The notes below the pieces were generated by a model. It worked only from the letters and a program-made list of their open reading frames with translations, had not been told where the DNA came from and searched no databases. This document shows positions 15,385-28,820 of a DNA stretch of 64,000 bases, one piece after another. Made by a program: the position numbers and the translations under genes. Numbering within the stretch: the stretch's first letter is position 1; each line of letters starts with the position of its first letter. Origin of the DNA: Camelus dromedarius (taxonomy: Eukaryota); contig NC_087436.1 of assembly GCF_036321535.1 (NCBI RefSeq), positions 92,816,001 to 92,880,000 of the forward strand, given 5' to 3'.

Positions 15385-16139
15385 CTAAAACCAAAAATAC
15401 AGGAAAAGATACTAACTACTCATATTGGAAGACACACTTGAAGATGAACACAGGCTGATTTTTAAGAGGGTTTGCCAATGAATTCCATACAAAATTTATG
15501 TTTTTCCTGATGCACTAAATGGCATTAGAAAGAAAAAAGTTCTCCAAGTACAGAATAGAACAGAATTATACTTGTAACCACTCAGCTTTTATCGCCACAG
15601 TGCATCTGAAACTGATGCCAAAATGTCAACCCTCTGTCTAATGAACACCTTGTATAGGTATTACTGGTCTGTTTAAATTATACCAACACAATTTAAATTG
15701 CTTAGGGCCTAAATGAAAATAAACTGAAGTTTCAAAGAAGAATTACATGCTGGTTCAGTGTTTTCCAAACATTAGTGAAACCAGCATTTCATAAAAAATA
15801 GAAAGTAATCAAAGAGTACCACATACAATGAATAAGCAACTGCTGTGAAAACTTTAATTTCAGTTACATACAATAATCTGTATATATACTAGACCATTAT
15901 TATTTCTTATGTGGGCATATAAGGAAGTTCAGGTTTCTTTTTACATGAGTTTCAAGCCTCTAAACTGCCTTACCCTAATAGTACTAAAATTCTAAATCCA
16001 AATAAGCTCCTTTGGGTCAGAGAGGAGGACTACATCTCTCTCTAAAAGATTAGTTTTTTTTTTATAAATTACTTTTTAATAATTTCTTCAAAGTATCTAG
16101 AAATCCCTATTGGCCTGTCCTGGCCCAGATGATTGATGA

Positions 16140-16360
16140 TGACTGCTATCACATTACATCATTTTTAATTGTGACTATATACTATGTATCATCTCTAAAG
16201 TTATCCTAGAAAAGAAGCCCCATTTTTAGGACCCTCTTAGAGAGGAGGAAACTACAGCTCAGAGAAGTCAAGAAAACTGCCCAAAGCCATATAGCTAGTA
16301 TGTGCTGGAGCTACAAAGTGAATCCACTTCTCTGTGACGCCAAAGCCATGGTGCTCCTAA
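16140..16360. mobile_element. MIR SINE
   Basis: MIR core: gaggaaactacagctcagagaagtcaag...tgcccaaagccatatagctagta. Confidence 0.7.
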
Positions 16361-16831
16361 TCACAGAACTAGGACCTCCATGAAACATGCACTTTGGAGA
16401 TGGGAGCCATAGCCCATTATAAAGAAAAGAGATGCAAACAAGCTCCTTCATCACCCAATTTCTCCCAGAAAAGGAAATCAGACAAGAATGTCCAAACTCT
16501 ACCTGAATTTGAACAAGCTATAGGTGTTGGCCTCTTGTTCTTTAATCGTATTACTCTTCTAAAAATGACAAAGCAATTGATGATTTTATTTGCCATTACT
16601 CCTTTGGGCTTTTGAAAACACAATTACCACAGAATTTATGACCAAAATATAAAGTAAACTTCAGCAGAAAATTAGCTTATAAATAAAATAAATCCTTATG
16701 GTCAATATATTTAAAGAAAAGTAAAAATGAATATACACTCAGAATAATGTAACTGTAAAGGGCTCTAAATAAACTAATTTTATATATTTAATTCAAAATA
16801 TTATAATAAAAATAGAATAGAATATATTTAC

Positions 16832-16894
16832 CTCTTACTTGGAGAGGTTCCTGCTTAATAAGTGGAGCTTTCAGTTCTGCACCAATATTTTCTG
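16832..16894 (-). CDS. SLC30A9: SLC30A9 coding exon 3
   Basis: ttacag| acceptor (NAGNAG), |gtaaat donor; 63 nt; (A)ENIGAELKAPLIKQEPLQVR. Confidence 0.93.
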
Positions 16895-19147
16895 CTGTAA
16901 AGTTTATTTTTAAAAAGTTATATTAAACAGTTGCATTCATACAAACCATACATTTAATTAATATTATCTAATAATCTGATAATGTATAAAAAAGGTAACA
17001 TACCAAGGACCATGTTAGATTTATCCAAGGAATGAAAGTGTAGTTAAATATTAGAAAAGCTATTAATTCCCCTCAATAATAGATTAAAGGAGAAAAACTA
17101 GAATCATTTCAGAAGCTAAGCAAAAAGCATTTAATAAAATTCAACACCCATCCAAGTGTCAAACCTTGGATATGTAATACCATGAAATCTGACAGATTTG
17201 ATTACCTGATTTAGACTTCTGCCACCTGATGGTCTTCAGTTTACCATCCTTTTTTTCTTTGTTTTTATTTTCATTTTGCCTTTCTTGCCAACTGTTAGAT
17301 TGATAGTTTTCTGTATCCTCCTCCCACCCCACCCTCATGCTAATTTTGAATTTACAAGATTATATTTCTATTGTTTTAATGATTCCACTTAGAAATTTAA
17401 CATAACATACTTTCCTTGGTAAATCATTCTAACCATCTGTTAAGTTATTCACCATCTCTTCCTTCCTCTGACAAGAAAAAAACCTTTAACCACGGAAAAC
17501 TTCCATCTTACTACTCATGATTAAAATTTTAGCATTTAATATAAAAAGTTTATTATTTTATTATCAGTAATTAGCTTTACCAGTACATTTTACCCATTTC
17601 TTGCTCTTCATTGTCTCTTTTATACCCTAGCCCTTCTTTCCCTCTGGGTTTACTCTGCATCTTATAGAAATATAGATTTGGTTTTGTTTATTTTTTAATG
17701 AAGGTAGGTTAGTAGTAAATGATAGTCTTCTTTACATATGTGAAATGTCTTTATTTTGCCTTTCCTCAAGAATGATTATTTAGACCAGTATAAAATGCTA
17801 GGGTAACATTTACTTTTCCTCTTGCCCATTCATGAATGTTACTCTAAATCACTCCTCCCTTAACTTCCACATATTGCTGCAGATAAGAAGTCTACTTCAA
17901 AAGAGCAACAAAACAGAAGTCTGACTTTTCTCTCTGAAAGCTCTTAAGTTGGGTTATTTCTTGTTTTGGTTTTGAAATCTGTATATTTCTTTTCATTCAT
18001 CCTGTTTAGTACTCAAAGTACACTTTTGACCTGAAAATTTTTTTCTCAAATTCTGAAAAATCTTCATCTATTATCTCTTTATATATTTCTCCACCAGTTC
18101 TCTATTCTCTCTCTGAAATGCCTATTAAATAGGATAGAGCTTCATGCATTTTAAAAGCTTTTTCAGTTTTTCGGAAAATCTTGCTTTTCCTGTGCACATT
18201 CAGGGTAAATTTCAATTTACTAATTCTCTACTTGACTACGGCTATTTAATCTATTAAATTCTTATTTTAGTGACTACAGTTTCATTACTAAGATCTCTAG
18301 CTGGCTCTTTTCCAGATATATTTGTTCTGCTTTTATTTCTGCCAGTTTGTGTTTCAAAATACGAGTACTTCATTTATTCTTTTAAGGATTTTAAACTTAT
18401 TCAAAGCTGTTATTTTAATATCATTTGGAGTTAATTCACATTTGATTGTTGATTTTGTTGGCTTTCTTAGCATTAGGATTCTTTGTGCATTTTTTATTGA
18501 GATATAATTGACATACAATGTTCTGTAAGTTTAAAGTGAGTAACATGTTGATTTGATACATATATGTATAGCAATATGATCCTTCATGTACTTTTAAATT
18601 TTAGAATTTGCAATTTTATTCTGAATAGGACATACCCTTTCACTCTCCTCCTCATACTCCAGTGCTCAGATACAATCTGACCCTTCTGTCCTGAACCAGA
18701 TACACACTGCCAATTCAAAATTCCTACCCCTCAGTCCAGTCTCCAAGCCAGCAAACAGCAGGTTTCAGTTCCTGTTTGTCCTCTTGCCTCCCTACCCTAC
18801 ATCGTACTACAGGACAGAGCTTCAGGTAAGAAACGAAAGAGGCTAGTTTCAGTCTCCTGTAGAAGGGTGCGTGCTAAGTTCACGCAGTGAGTCTGACTCC
18901 AATACCAGACTGTGCATGGAGCACTTGCAGATCCATTACCAGAAATGAGCCAAACTCCTGCCTGCCAGTGCCTGCTTACACCCAGAGCCTGGAAACTTCT
19001 GTTCTACTTCTTGAACATAGCATAGGATATCATTTTTTGAGTCCAATTGCTTCTTCAGATTTCTCTTTCTATATTTTGTCTGTCACTCCAGTAAGTAAAG
19101 AGAATGAGTACCTCAGAGCATCTATTTAATGATGTTATTGCTATTTT

Positions 19148-19338
19148 TTGACATTTTTTTATTGATTTATAATCATTTTACAATGTTGTGTCAGATTCCA
19201 GTGTAGAGCACAATTGTTCAGTTATACATGAACATATATATATTCATTGTCACAGTTTTTCCTCTGTGAGCTACCATAAGATCTTGTATATATTTCCCTG
19301 TGCTATACAGTATAATCTTGTTTATCTATTCTACATTT
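19148..19338 (-). mobile_element. Short young L1 3' end with TSD
   Basis: tttacaatgttgtgtcagattccagtgtagagca terminus; flanking TGTTAyTGCTATTTT at 19133-19147 and 19339-19353. Confidence 0.82.
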
Positions 19339-20989
19339 TGTTACTGCTATTTTGATCAGACTTTCTGCCTATCTGATTTACCTTCCTATCATGCTTTTAT
19401 GTAAAAATTAAATGCCAGCAGAATAGGCACTAACAAAGGCAAAGCTCTCTTTGAAATAAAAGCAAAAAATCTTACGTGTAATTTTCAGTGAAAGTCACTA
19501 GGGAAACTACTTAACATGGTATATTATGTTTTGTTAACTAAAACGTACAGAAGGCCAAAAAGGCTTTACGTTAATTATTCATCAAATCCTAAGCAGGTTA
19601 TGACAGCATATTGGTAAATTAAAGAGCCTTAAAAATATTTCTCTTTAATTAGTAACTATGGCTTATAACATTTGACTGAGCACTTAAATGACTGATATTT
19701 TTGTCTCGCTACAAACAAACAAATTCTAAAGAATCTTTATGTGTAGAATCTATATATCAATTTCTTAAAATTCTGTTTTGGGGAATAGAACACAGGGCAG
19801 AGAAAAGTGAAGGGACAAGGGAGGTAGAATAATAAGCTTTCAACACTCACCTAGTGTCTGAACAACTGAAATCTACTGTCCTCCTTTCCACAGCAATCAA
19901 AGTCATTCAAACAAATCACATAAAATGAGTTCTAAAACTGGTATTTCTGGATATTCTTCTCACAACAAACTGTCTAAATGTTACTAATTATATAGTGTTA
20001 AGAATCACAAACAAGAAATGCTAGTAAATGGCTTAAACACATGTATGAATACTTAATTTACACACCATCCTCTTAATAAACTTAAGCTCTATCACTGGAG
20101 TAAAATCTTCTATGATTTCAATAAGTAACCAACATTTTATCCATGAATATCTCTAGACATTTTGTTTTAAGCACAAGCCCTGGCTATTTGCCACACATCT
20201 GCTATCATTAGTAAAATTAAAACTGATTTTACTAAAATTTAAACATCTGAATGCTCCTTAAAAACTTAAGGATTCCTTAGCAAGTCTCTGCCTCTTAATG
20301 AGCTGTTTCTGACTTTATCGTGTGATTTGAATTATTCAAAAGTCAATCTCAAACTCTTCAATATACCAATTATCTTTCAATCAAGCAATTACTTGCTGTC
20401 TATCTGATGGCTAGCAAGGTCTAATTTGGCCTAAGCAAATTCTGAAAAATTGAACCTGAAATAAAACCATCAATAAACAATGTGGTACTAATGTAATAAA
20501 ATAAACTAGCATTTTAACTTCAGTCAGCAGAGAAAAAAGAAACCTAGTCATGGATTTCAATTTCAAGCATTTTGTATAGTGGAACCAACATTAAATATTT
20601 TTGCCTGAGTCAATGTTTACATCAGAAGAGCATTATAACATGTTTTACCTTTAATTATATTATTTCATCACCTGTTTCTTCTTTCATTTCAATATTCTAA
20701 TAAATATGCTTATTTCTGGAACTTAGGGACTCATTACACTCTCCACCCCTTCATCCTCTAATATCAAACTCTCAATCAGTATTTACCCTAGCAGTTCTCC
20801 ATCACAAGGAAAAAACAAGAAATTGGCTAAAACTGTACAATAAGCCTAAAAAGAGGATGGGGCTCAGGGAAAAGGATGAAAAACAGGCATCATAAACATA
20901 GACACAGGTTTCTCAAGGAATCTATAAAATCTTCCCTTGTGAAGGACATCCAACTAAAGGAAAGACAGTCTTGGAATGTTTATTATTCT

Positions 20990-22555
20990 TCAAACATCCC
21001 CCTCTCCTAACACCATATTCTTTGTTTTTTTCCTACCTCTCCAGGCTGCTGCTCTTCAAGTGTTCTTTGCAAGCTCTTCTTCTTCCACCTGCCCCCTCCT
21101 CACTGGGGATTTTGTACTAGAAGATCTTATCTCCCCAGTCTAAACTCTCTCCCTATACTGTCTCAAACACACTCATGGCTTCAGTTATCACCTGGGTATA
21201 GCTAATAATTCCTAAATCTCTATCCCCAGGTCAGAACTCTATGTATTCATTCATTTACAAAATGTATTAAACTCCTACTATGTGCAAACAGTTGCTCTAG
21301 GCATTGAAGTTCCTGCTATCATGAGGCCTGGAAACAAGTGGGAAAACACAAATAAAACATATACTGAAAATATCAGTCAGTAATAAGCGCTATCTACACA
21401 GAGAATTAAAATTAGTGTAAGATTAAAGACTAACTGGGTGTGCAGAGCTGACGTTTCATTTAAGATGTAAAGGATCGAAAGGGATCAGCCACATGAAGAA
21501 GGGTATCTTGGAAAGAGAAAGCAACTAGAGCAAACACCCTATAACAATAACAAGTTTGGTATTCTCTAAGAAGCAAAAGGAGACTGGTTAAGAAAGAAAG
21601 AGAGAGTGGAAGCAAGGAGCCCAGGGAGTAGGTTACTGCAGCAATCCAGCCAAGAGGTGACGATGTCTCACAGTAGAAAAGCAGTACACCCAACTGCTGC
21701 CTAGTCATTGTCAAGATGCCCCAGAGGCACCTACAATTCAGATGTCCAAAACTGAATCCTCACCTTCTCATTAAGATACACGCCAACTTTGCTATTCCTA
21801 ATTTTAGCAGTCAACGAAATCACCTACACAATCACCTAATCCAGTAACCATGCACTGTCCTTTACTTGACCCTCTTTCAGTCCCCCAAATTCAATCATCA
21901 AGTCTTAATTATTCATCTCCTAAATCTTAAGTTCATCTACTTCCCTTAAAAAAATTCACTGCCATTAACTAGTCTAGAGTCTCATTTGTATTACTGCTTT
22001 CAGTCTTCCTCCCTTGCAATCTGTTTTCCAGTCTGCATCTAGTTATCTTTCTAAAATCTTAAATCTGATTAAGTACTTCTTCTACTTAAAATACTCCAAT
22101 AGATTCTCAGTACCTACAAAACAGTCCAAACTCCTCAGCAAAACCCTAATCTAATTACTGTTTACTTCTTGAGTTTCACCCCTTGTACTTTCAAACCTAC
22201 CAACTCCCCCACCACCACCAGGTCCTCTACTCACTAGTCTAGGCACATCATATTACTTGCAATGTTACCTTCCCTCTCCACCATTCAACACTCCAATATC
22301 TACTTTCTTTCCAGGTCACTAATTAGATCCCATTTCCTTATGGAAACTTTTCTTAACCACTCAAAACTCAGTTAGGTGCCTCTCCAGCATACAGTTATTT
22401 TTTCCATCACAGTACTTACTATATAGTATTATATTTGTTTGCTTAATTTTCTGTTTTAGTAATAAAGAGAATATAAACTCAGAGAGTCATTCTCATTTGC
22501 TGCCATGTAAAAAGTGCTCAATAAATACTTCTTGAATAAATTAATGAATAAATAA
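20990..22555 (+). mobile_element. L2 with a nested opposite-orientation L2 piece (~21243-21680)
   Basis: CT-rich L2 body ending gtgctcaataaatacttcttgaataaattaatgaat; internal segment begins tattcattcatttacaaaatgtatt. Confidence 0.65.
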
Positions 22556-22569
22556 AGGACTTCTTTTCA

Positions 22570-25200
22570 ATGTTGCACACCGGACTAGATATCTTGAAAA
22601 AAAATTATTTTTCAAAAGCACTGCTAAGCTAGCAAAATGATCTTAAGAGGGCAAAAATGAAGCTAAAGTAGGACCTCTACAGAATAAGAGAGCACACCAA
22701 AGCCAGCTTTTTTCCTGATGACTTCTGTTAACGCTTACATTCTTTGAGCTCCTATTTCCACAGCTGTAAGGAGCATGGGAGAACAAAGAATAAAACTAGG
22801 TTCTCCTAAAGATGTAGAGTTTAACAGGAGATACTCAGAAAAAAAAAGCTAGATGCATGGCATAACTGTGACCCAGAAAAAACACACACAGAAGGGAGCA
22901 GTAAGGAAGCAAGCCTGCCCTTACTCTGGTGTTAGGTAGTAGAGAAGAAAAAAACTCCCCTGAAAATCCTAGCTGCCATAAGGTAGCTCACACAAGTTTG
23001 TAGTCTGAATTCATGCTACAAACATGGTCTGAAAAAATCTTAAGCTGACAATTTAATTTAATGTGGTGCCAAGTTGTGCCCCTAGCAGCTAACAGAGGCA
23101 AGTGCAAACTCTATGCAGGAATGTATCTCAATCCAGAGGATATCAAATTCTTCCAAGATATAAAACTACATGGAAAATAAACAACTCTCAGTTTAAAAAC
23201 AGATACGGTGTCATGAAAGAGAGCAAGAAACAGGAAAAAGACAATACAGTAAGAACTGAAAGATTTCAGATAAAAGGATTTTCAGTCACAGAATATAAAA
23301 TAGCTATGTTTAATATGCCTAATGAAAGAGAAGTCTGAAATATAAGCAAGAAACAAGGGACTAAGCAAGGTGAAAAATACACAATTTCTAGAAATTAAAA
23401 ATATACTCATTGAAATTAAAAACCCAGCATTATGTACTAACCAGCAGATTGGAGGTAACTAAAGAGGGAATTAGTGAACTAAGTAGACCTAAGGAAATAA
23501 TCCAGGATCCAGGCCAGAAAGATAAAGAAGTACAAAGTATAACAGAGAAGTTTAGAGACATGGAAAATAAAGCAAGAAGATCTCGAAAGGGAGATGAAAG
23601 AGAAATGAGAGGTGGTAATACATACTTGAAGGGATGACAGAGAATTGCAGAATTCCAGAATTGTAGAAAAATAACAATCCTCAGATCCAGGAAGCCCAAC
23701 AAATCTCAAGCAGGATAAATATAAAGAAATATACATCTAGTCACATCATAGTGAAAATGCAGTTTACACCGAAGAAAAAGACTTTCAACATAAAGCTAAC
23801 CAAATTTAAAAAGCAGTCAAACAGAAAAGACATGAAAACAAAGCCATGCTATCTGACCTCGCAACAGCAACAATGGAAACCAGAAGACAATGGATTAAGA
23901 CATTAAATGTTCCTTTACCATAAAAGATCCTCACCTAAAGGAATTCCTATAGGATGTATATCAGGTAGAATGAGCAGAGAAATAAAAAAAAAAAAATCAC
24001 CAAAGATTTTAGATAAATTTGAACAACAAAGTGCATTTTATAGAAGGGAAAGAGAGAATAGACACAAAATACTAGCCAACAAATAAGTAAGTTGGGAGGG
24101 GATGACCAGAGTTAAAGCATTCTAAGTTCTTTGTATTTTTCAGAAGCAAAGTAAACATTTCAATTACCTTTAGACTTTAGAACAAACATAAAGTATATTA
24201 ATCCCAAGCAAGGGTGTATACGTGTGTGTGTATAAGGGAGAGGGGATAATAGAATGAGAAAAAGAATTTTTAGAAGGCAAATAAAGAATTAAGGGGGAAA
24301 AAAAACAGCACAAGAAAGCACATGATAAAATGGAAAAAATATGTCCAAACATATCAATGATTACAGTAAATGTAAACAGATTAAACTTTCAGTTGAAAAA
24401 CAAAAATTATTAAATTAGGCCAAAAAAAGGTTAAAGTCAAAGGATAGGAAAAATTATACCAGGCAAATACTAATGAAATCTAGTGGAGACGTCCCTTAAA
24501 AAAAAAAAAAAGCTGTTATATAACAATAAAAGGTGTAATTCATGAGTGTTATGTAGCAATTCTAAATGTGTTATGCACCCAGTAACATAGCCTCAAAATA
24601 TACAAAGCAAAATTTTAGGGACAACTATCAGGAAAGAATACCAAATCTACCATCAGAAATCATGGCTTAAATTCCTACTCTAGAAAAGAAGGAAGGTTCA
24701 AAATCAATGAGCAAAATAGCTAACAGATAGTTAAAAAATGATTAACAAAGTAAATACAAAGGAGGCAGAAAGGAGAATACAATTAAGGTAAGAGTAGAAA
24801 TTAATGAAAAAGGAAACAAACATACAATATAAAGATTCCGCAGGTTAAAAAAAAGTATTAGTTGGAAAATAATAAAATGGACAAAGCTCAGGCAAGGTTA
24901 ATCAAGAAAATAAGACAAACACCATTAGGAATGAAAAAAAAGGATGTAACTACATATGCTACTAAGAGTATACAGAAAGTATCTTAAACTTTGTCAATAA
25001 ATCAGTTGAAGTGGATAAATCCCCAGAAAAAAATAGAACTTATCAAAACTGAGTCAAAAAGAAATAGAAAAATTAAAAGAAATTAGTTTAAAAGAAATTA
25101 AGTTGGCAGTTTAATGGCTCCTCACAAAGAAAACACTAGTCCAGATGGTTTTACATGTAAGTTCTATCAAACATTCAAGGAACAAATAATCTTGTGCAAA
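22570..25200 (+). mobile_element. Old L1 (5' UTR/ORF1/ORF2 remnant)
   Basis: ORF1-like LTSRLEVTKEGISEL; ORF2-like gtccagatggttttacatgtaagttctatcaaacattcaagga. Confidence 0.75.
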
Positions 25201-25247
25201 CTATTCCTGTATACAGAAAAAAATTATTTTAAAAGATTTATACATAC

Positions 25248-25400
25248 CTGTTTCATCAAATGACGGTACTTTCTCCATTTTGAGAGTTTGTGATCCCTGT
25301 CCTTCTTTCTGAACATTTGTAGAGTAAAACTTTACTTGATTCAGTGTACAACATGGAGTGATGTTTGAAAAGCTTCCAAATGTCACTAAATTCTGCCATT
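25248..25400 (-). CDS. SLC30A9: SLC30A9 coding exon 2
   Basis: ttttag| acceptor, |gtatgt donor; 153 nt; (E)WQNLVTFGSFSNITPCCTLNQVKFYSTNVQKEGQGSQTLKMEKVPSFDET; phase fits exons 1 and 3. Confidence 0.96.
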
Positions 25401-25599
25401 CTAAAAGAAAATTTTTAAAATTTCAAACAAACCCATAATAAATACCAATAAAACATACCTCCTTTCATTCTGCTAAATACCCAAACGTGCCATGCAAAGC
25501 CACTCTTTCCATGGGGGTGTTTCACTGACCCCCTAGGTATACATGGTCTATATTTTATAAAGGAAAAGTAAGGATAATATTCCTTTTTTTTAAACTTGT

Positions 25600-26919
25600 A
25601 AGTTTATTTATATGTAAACTTCTAAAATTACATAAAATCAAACAAAACATTCATATTATTCAGCTAATCTGCAAGGGCTCTGGAATACAAAAGATACTCT
25701 TTATTTTGCATGCTGTTGCAAGCTAAAAAAAATGTTGGCATAATGTACTTTTCACAATAAAAAACTGAGAGGGGGAAGGTCAGGAAGGCTTCCTACTCAA
25801 AATTACCTGTGTCTTCCTTCTGCTAGTTGAAGATTCATTCCTCTTTCATTTCACAGTCAATAAGGAATTATATTAATCAGTCATTCAGATTTTCACTGAT
25901 TTTTAAAAATCAGATAATTAGATCAACATTTGGTGAGATTCCTCAGTATATGAGAAATCTAATTGAGGGAAGAATAGAAGACTAATTACAAAGCACTTCA
26001 GCTGCTGCATCTGGGTTGACTGTGGGCTTTGGAGGGCTGAAATACAGAAGAAAGATAGATTCCACACTTGCATCAAAGTGGTAGAAAAGTATATCTCTGT
26101 CTCTACTCTCATGTGATCTTCTCTTTTATTTTTTCTGAGTATTTAAAACTCAAAAACCTTGTCCAGATATAATTTATGTATCTTCTAAAGTTTTAGGTGA
26201 TATAATGAAATTATATAATTTGAGATAGTCCAGTTTCTCTGAGTGGAGGGTTAAGGATTTAAGAGTTGAAACTTCTCTAACTGCTTAATAATGATCTTCC
26301 CAAAATGTTAATTCATGTATGTGCATGTGCAGATTGTCTTCTGAAATCAAGAAAAGTAAACCTTTTCTTAACGGATCAGAGAATTTATTAGGAACGTAAA
26401 TTATTCTGAACACTGAAGATAATTTGAAAAGCATGAGAGACATAAGGCAGCATAAGTATTCACTCAAGTTTCAAGCTTGGAACTTGTTTTCTTGAAAAAC
26501 TTCCTGATGTCAACTTACTCTTTCATTTATTTGGCAATACCTGTTGAAGGCCAGGATGTTTTTGGTCATTTGCTTCTATTCTTTAAAGGCTGAGTAAAGT
26601 AAATATAACAATGTTATCTTCTTTCACATTAAAATATGTAAACTACCAGGAAAATTAATTAGTGAAGCAAGGGCTAAAGTAAATTTTTCTAAGAAACCAA
26701 TCTTCTTCACCACGGCCACTTGTGTTTTGACTTATTCAAAATAACTTTTGTGATTATTTACCAATGAAGACAATATGCCAACATTCTTTTTCACCCACTG
26801 ATGAAACGCTTTTATAGATTGTGCTAGGATGTTTAAAGAGGGATTACTAGAAACTAAAAATCCTTCCTCAGAAGACAATGTTCCTGTGACTTGATCCTGG
26901 AGTTTTTTCAAGGTTCTCC
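25600..26919 (-). pseudogene. EBLL fragment 5 (block IV to PRNTase/capping domain)
   Basis: One frame of ~350 codons with 13 stops by my count: LVSSNPSLNILAQ~LVTDPTSLNIAQ; F*VLNTQKK*KR~YLGSNTAVKVQR; RDILFYH~RDTLVLH (26078-26098); GISPNVDLII*FLKIS~GLTGYVNILSTWLRFS; ND*LI*F~DDYTIHF (25865-25942). Confidence 0.75.
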
Positions 26920-28020
26920 TTAATTTTTAAAACATTTTATTACAGAAAATTTCAAACATATGCAAAGGTAGGAAAAATAGTACAATAAACACACATTTTC
27001 ACTGCCTACCTTCAACAATTATCTATCATGGCAAACTCTGTTTCATCTTTATCTGCACCAGTATCTCCTTACCTCCATATTAATTTGATGCAAATCTCAG
27101 ACATAAAATAATTCCATTCATAAATATTTCAGTATACATTGAGAGAACTTTTAAAAAGATAACTATACCACCATCACAAGTAAAAAAAGAAATCCTTAAT
27201 ATCCTCAAATATCCTCTTTCCAATTTCCAGTATTAGAAGTGTTATAATTTTTGTGTGTGTGAACAGATCCTATTTCAGTCCACATACTGTGACTGGTTGA
27301 GATGTCTTTTAAGTCTCTGTTCTACAGGATATCTCTTTTTAGAACAATTTTTATATTGAAGAAACCAGCTTTGTCCTAAACTTTTGTCCTGGTAGTTTTC
27401 TAGTCTGAATTTTGCTAATTTAATTCCTATGGCATTGTTTAATTTGTACTTCTATGTGTTCTTAAATCCATGGATGTAAACACTTTATCCAAATCCAGGC
27501 TCCTTTTTACTAGGACAACACTACTTGATAGGTAGTTATGAGTTCTTTCACCAGGAGCCACATAATATTTGGTTGTCTGTGTCATAGTGTCTACTATATT
27601 TTTCTATGCCTGGAATTAGTTATTCATTAGGTGGGTATAAAATGGTGATATTTCAGTTTTATCACTTCAGTTATTAGTCAGAATACCTCTACAAAGAGAA
27701 AATTCCCTTCATTAATTTGGTTACTCAGCAGTACAGTTCAAATAGAAGAGTGAGGCTAAATGCTTCTTTCCCTCTACCAGTTCTCAAAATAATGAGTACC
27801 ACCCTGCAACAGTGACACAATAATTTGCCATGTGTAAGTATCATTATGACTTCATAGATTTAAACATTATTTGATATATATCAATACATTTTAGTCATTA
27901 CTCTGATTAATTCTCAAACTGTCCATCCCATTTTTGGCCAGTAGTAGTCTCTTCAAGTTGGCTTCTATGTCCTTTTGACTCTATCGTAATACTCCCATAG
28001 ATTCCTTGCTACCTGTTTTA
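26920..28020 (-). mobile_element. Old L1 (L1ME-like) 3' end inserted in the EBLL
   Basis: ttttattacagaaaatttcaaacatatgcaaaggtag reverse terminus; tcaagttggcttctatgtccttttgac. Confidence 0.7.
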
Positions 28021-28035
28021 AAAAGTAATTAACTT

Positions 28036-28634
28036 TTTTTTATTGAGTTATAGTCAATTTACAATGTTGTGTTAATTTCCAGTGTAGAGCACAATTTTTC
28101 AGTTATATATGAAGATATATATATTCATCATTGCATTCTTTTTCACCATGAGCTACCACAAGATCTTGTATATATTTCTCTGTACTATACAATATAATCT
28201 TGTTTATCTATTCTATATATACCTGTCAGTATCTACAAATTTCGAACTCCTAGTCTGTCCCTTCCCACCCTCCCCTGCCCCAGTAACCATAAGTTTATAT
28301 TCTACGTCTATGAGTCTGTTTCTGTTTTGTATTTGTTCATTTGTCTTTTTCTTCCTTTCCTTCTTTTTTTTTTTTTCCCAGATTCCACACATGAGCAATC
28401 TCATATGGTATTTTTCTTTCTCTTTCTGGCTTACTTCACTTAGAATGACATTCTCCAGGGACATCCATGATGCTGCAAATGGCATTATGTTGTCGTTTTT
28501 ATGGCTGTATAGTATTCCACTGTATAAATATACCACATTGTCTTTATCCAGTCATCTGTCAATGGACATTTAGGCTGTTTCCATGTCTTGGCTATTGTAA
28601 ATAGTGCTGCTATGAACATTGGGGTGCAGGTGTG
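28036..28634 (-). mobile_element. Young L1 3' end with TSD
   Basis: AAAAGTAATTA(A)CTT at 28021-28035 and 28635-28648; ORF2 end (TPMFIAALFTIAKTWKQPKCP). Confidence 0.9.
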
Positions 28635-28639
28635 AAAAG

Positions 28640-28715
28640 TAATTACTTCCAACTTCAGTAGAATTTCAGGTATCTGCAACTTTAAATGTACACATCTGGC
28701 ATAAATACAAGACTG
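28640..28715 (-). pseudogene. EBLL fragment 4 (short, frameshifted)
   Basis: FSLVFMPDV-TFKVA-YLK~[20 protein letters not shown] with two frameshifts; spacing to fragment 5 is consistent once the L1 insertions are removed. Confidence 0.4.
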
Positions 28716-28723
28716 AAAAATGA

Positions 28724-28820
28724 GGTAGGGGGCCACAGCTCAATGGAAGAGCATGTGCTTAGCATGCACAAGGTCCTGGGTTCAATCCCCAGTACCTCCA
28801 TTAACTAACTATATAAATAA
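28724..28820 (+). mobile_element. tRNA-Ala-derived SINE (Vic-1-like)
   Basis: agctcaatggaagagcatgtgcttagcatgcacaaggtcctgggttcaatccccagtacctcca. Confidence 0.88.

Noticed and set aside
25850..26919. Cellular processed pseudogene (brief resemblances to FASTKD2, DEPDC7) or filovirus NP
   Set aside because: Each matched only one short patch, whereas bornavirus L matched many motifs in order.
28109..28736. ORFs of 83-154 aa
   Set aside because: Sense and antisense translations of an L1 3' end.
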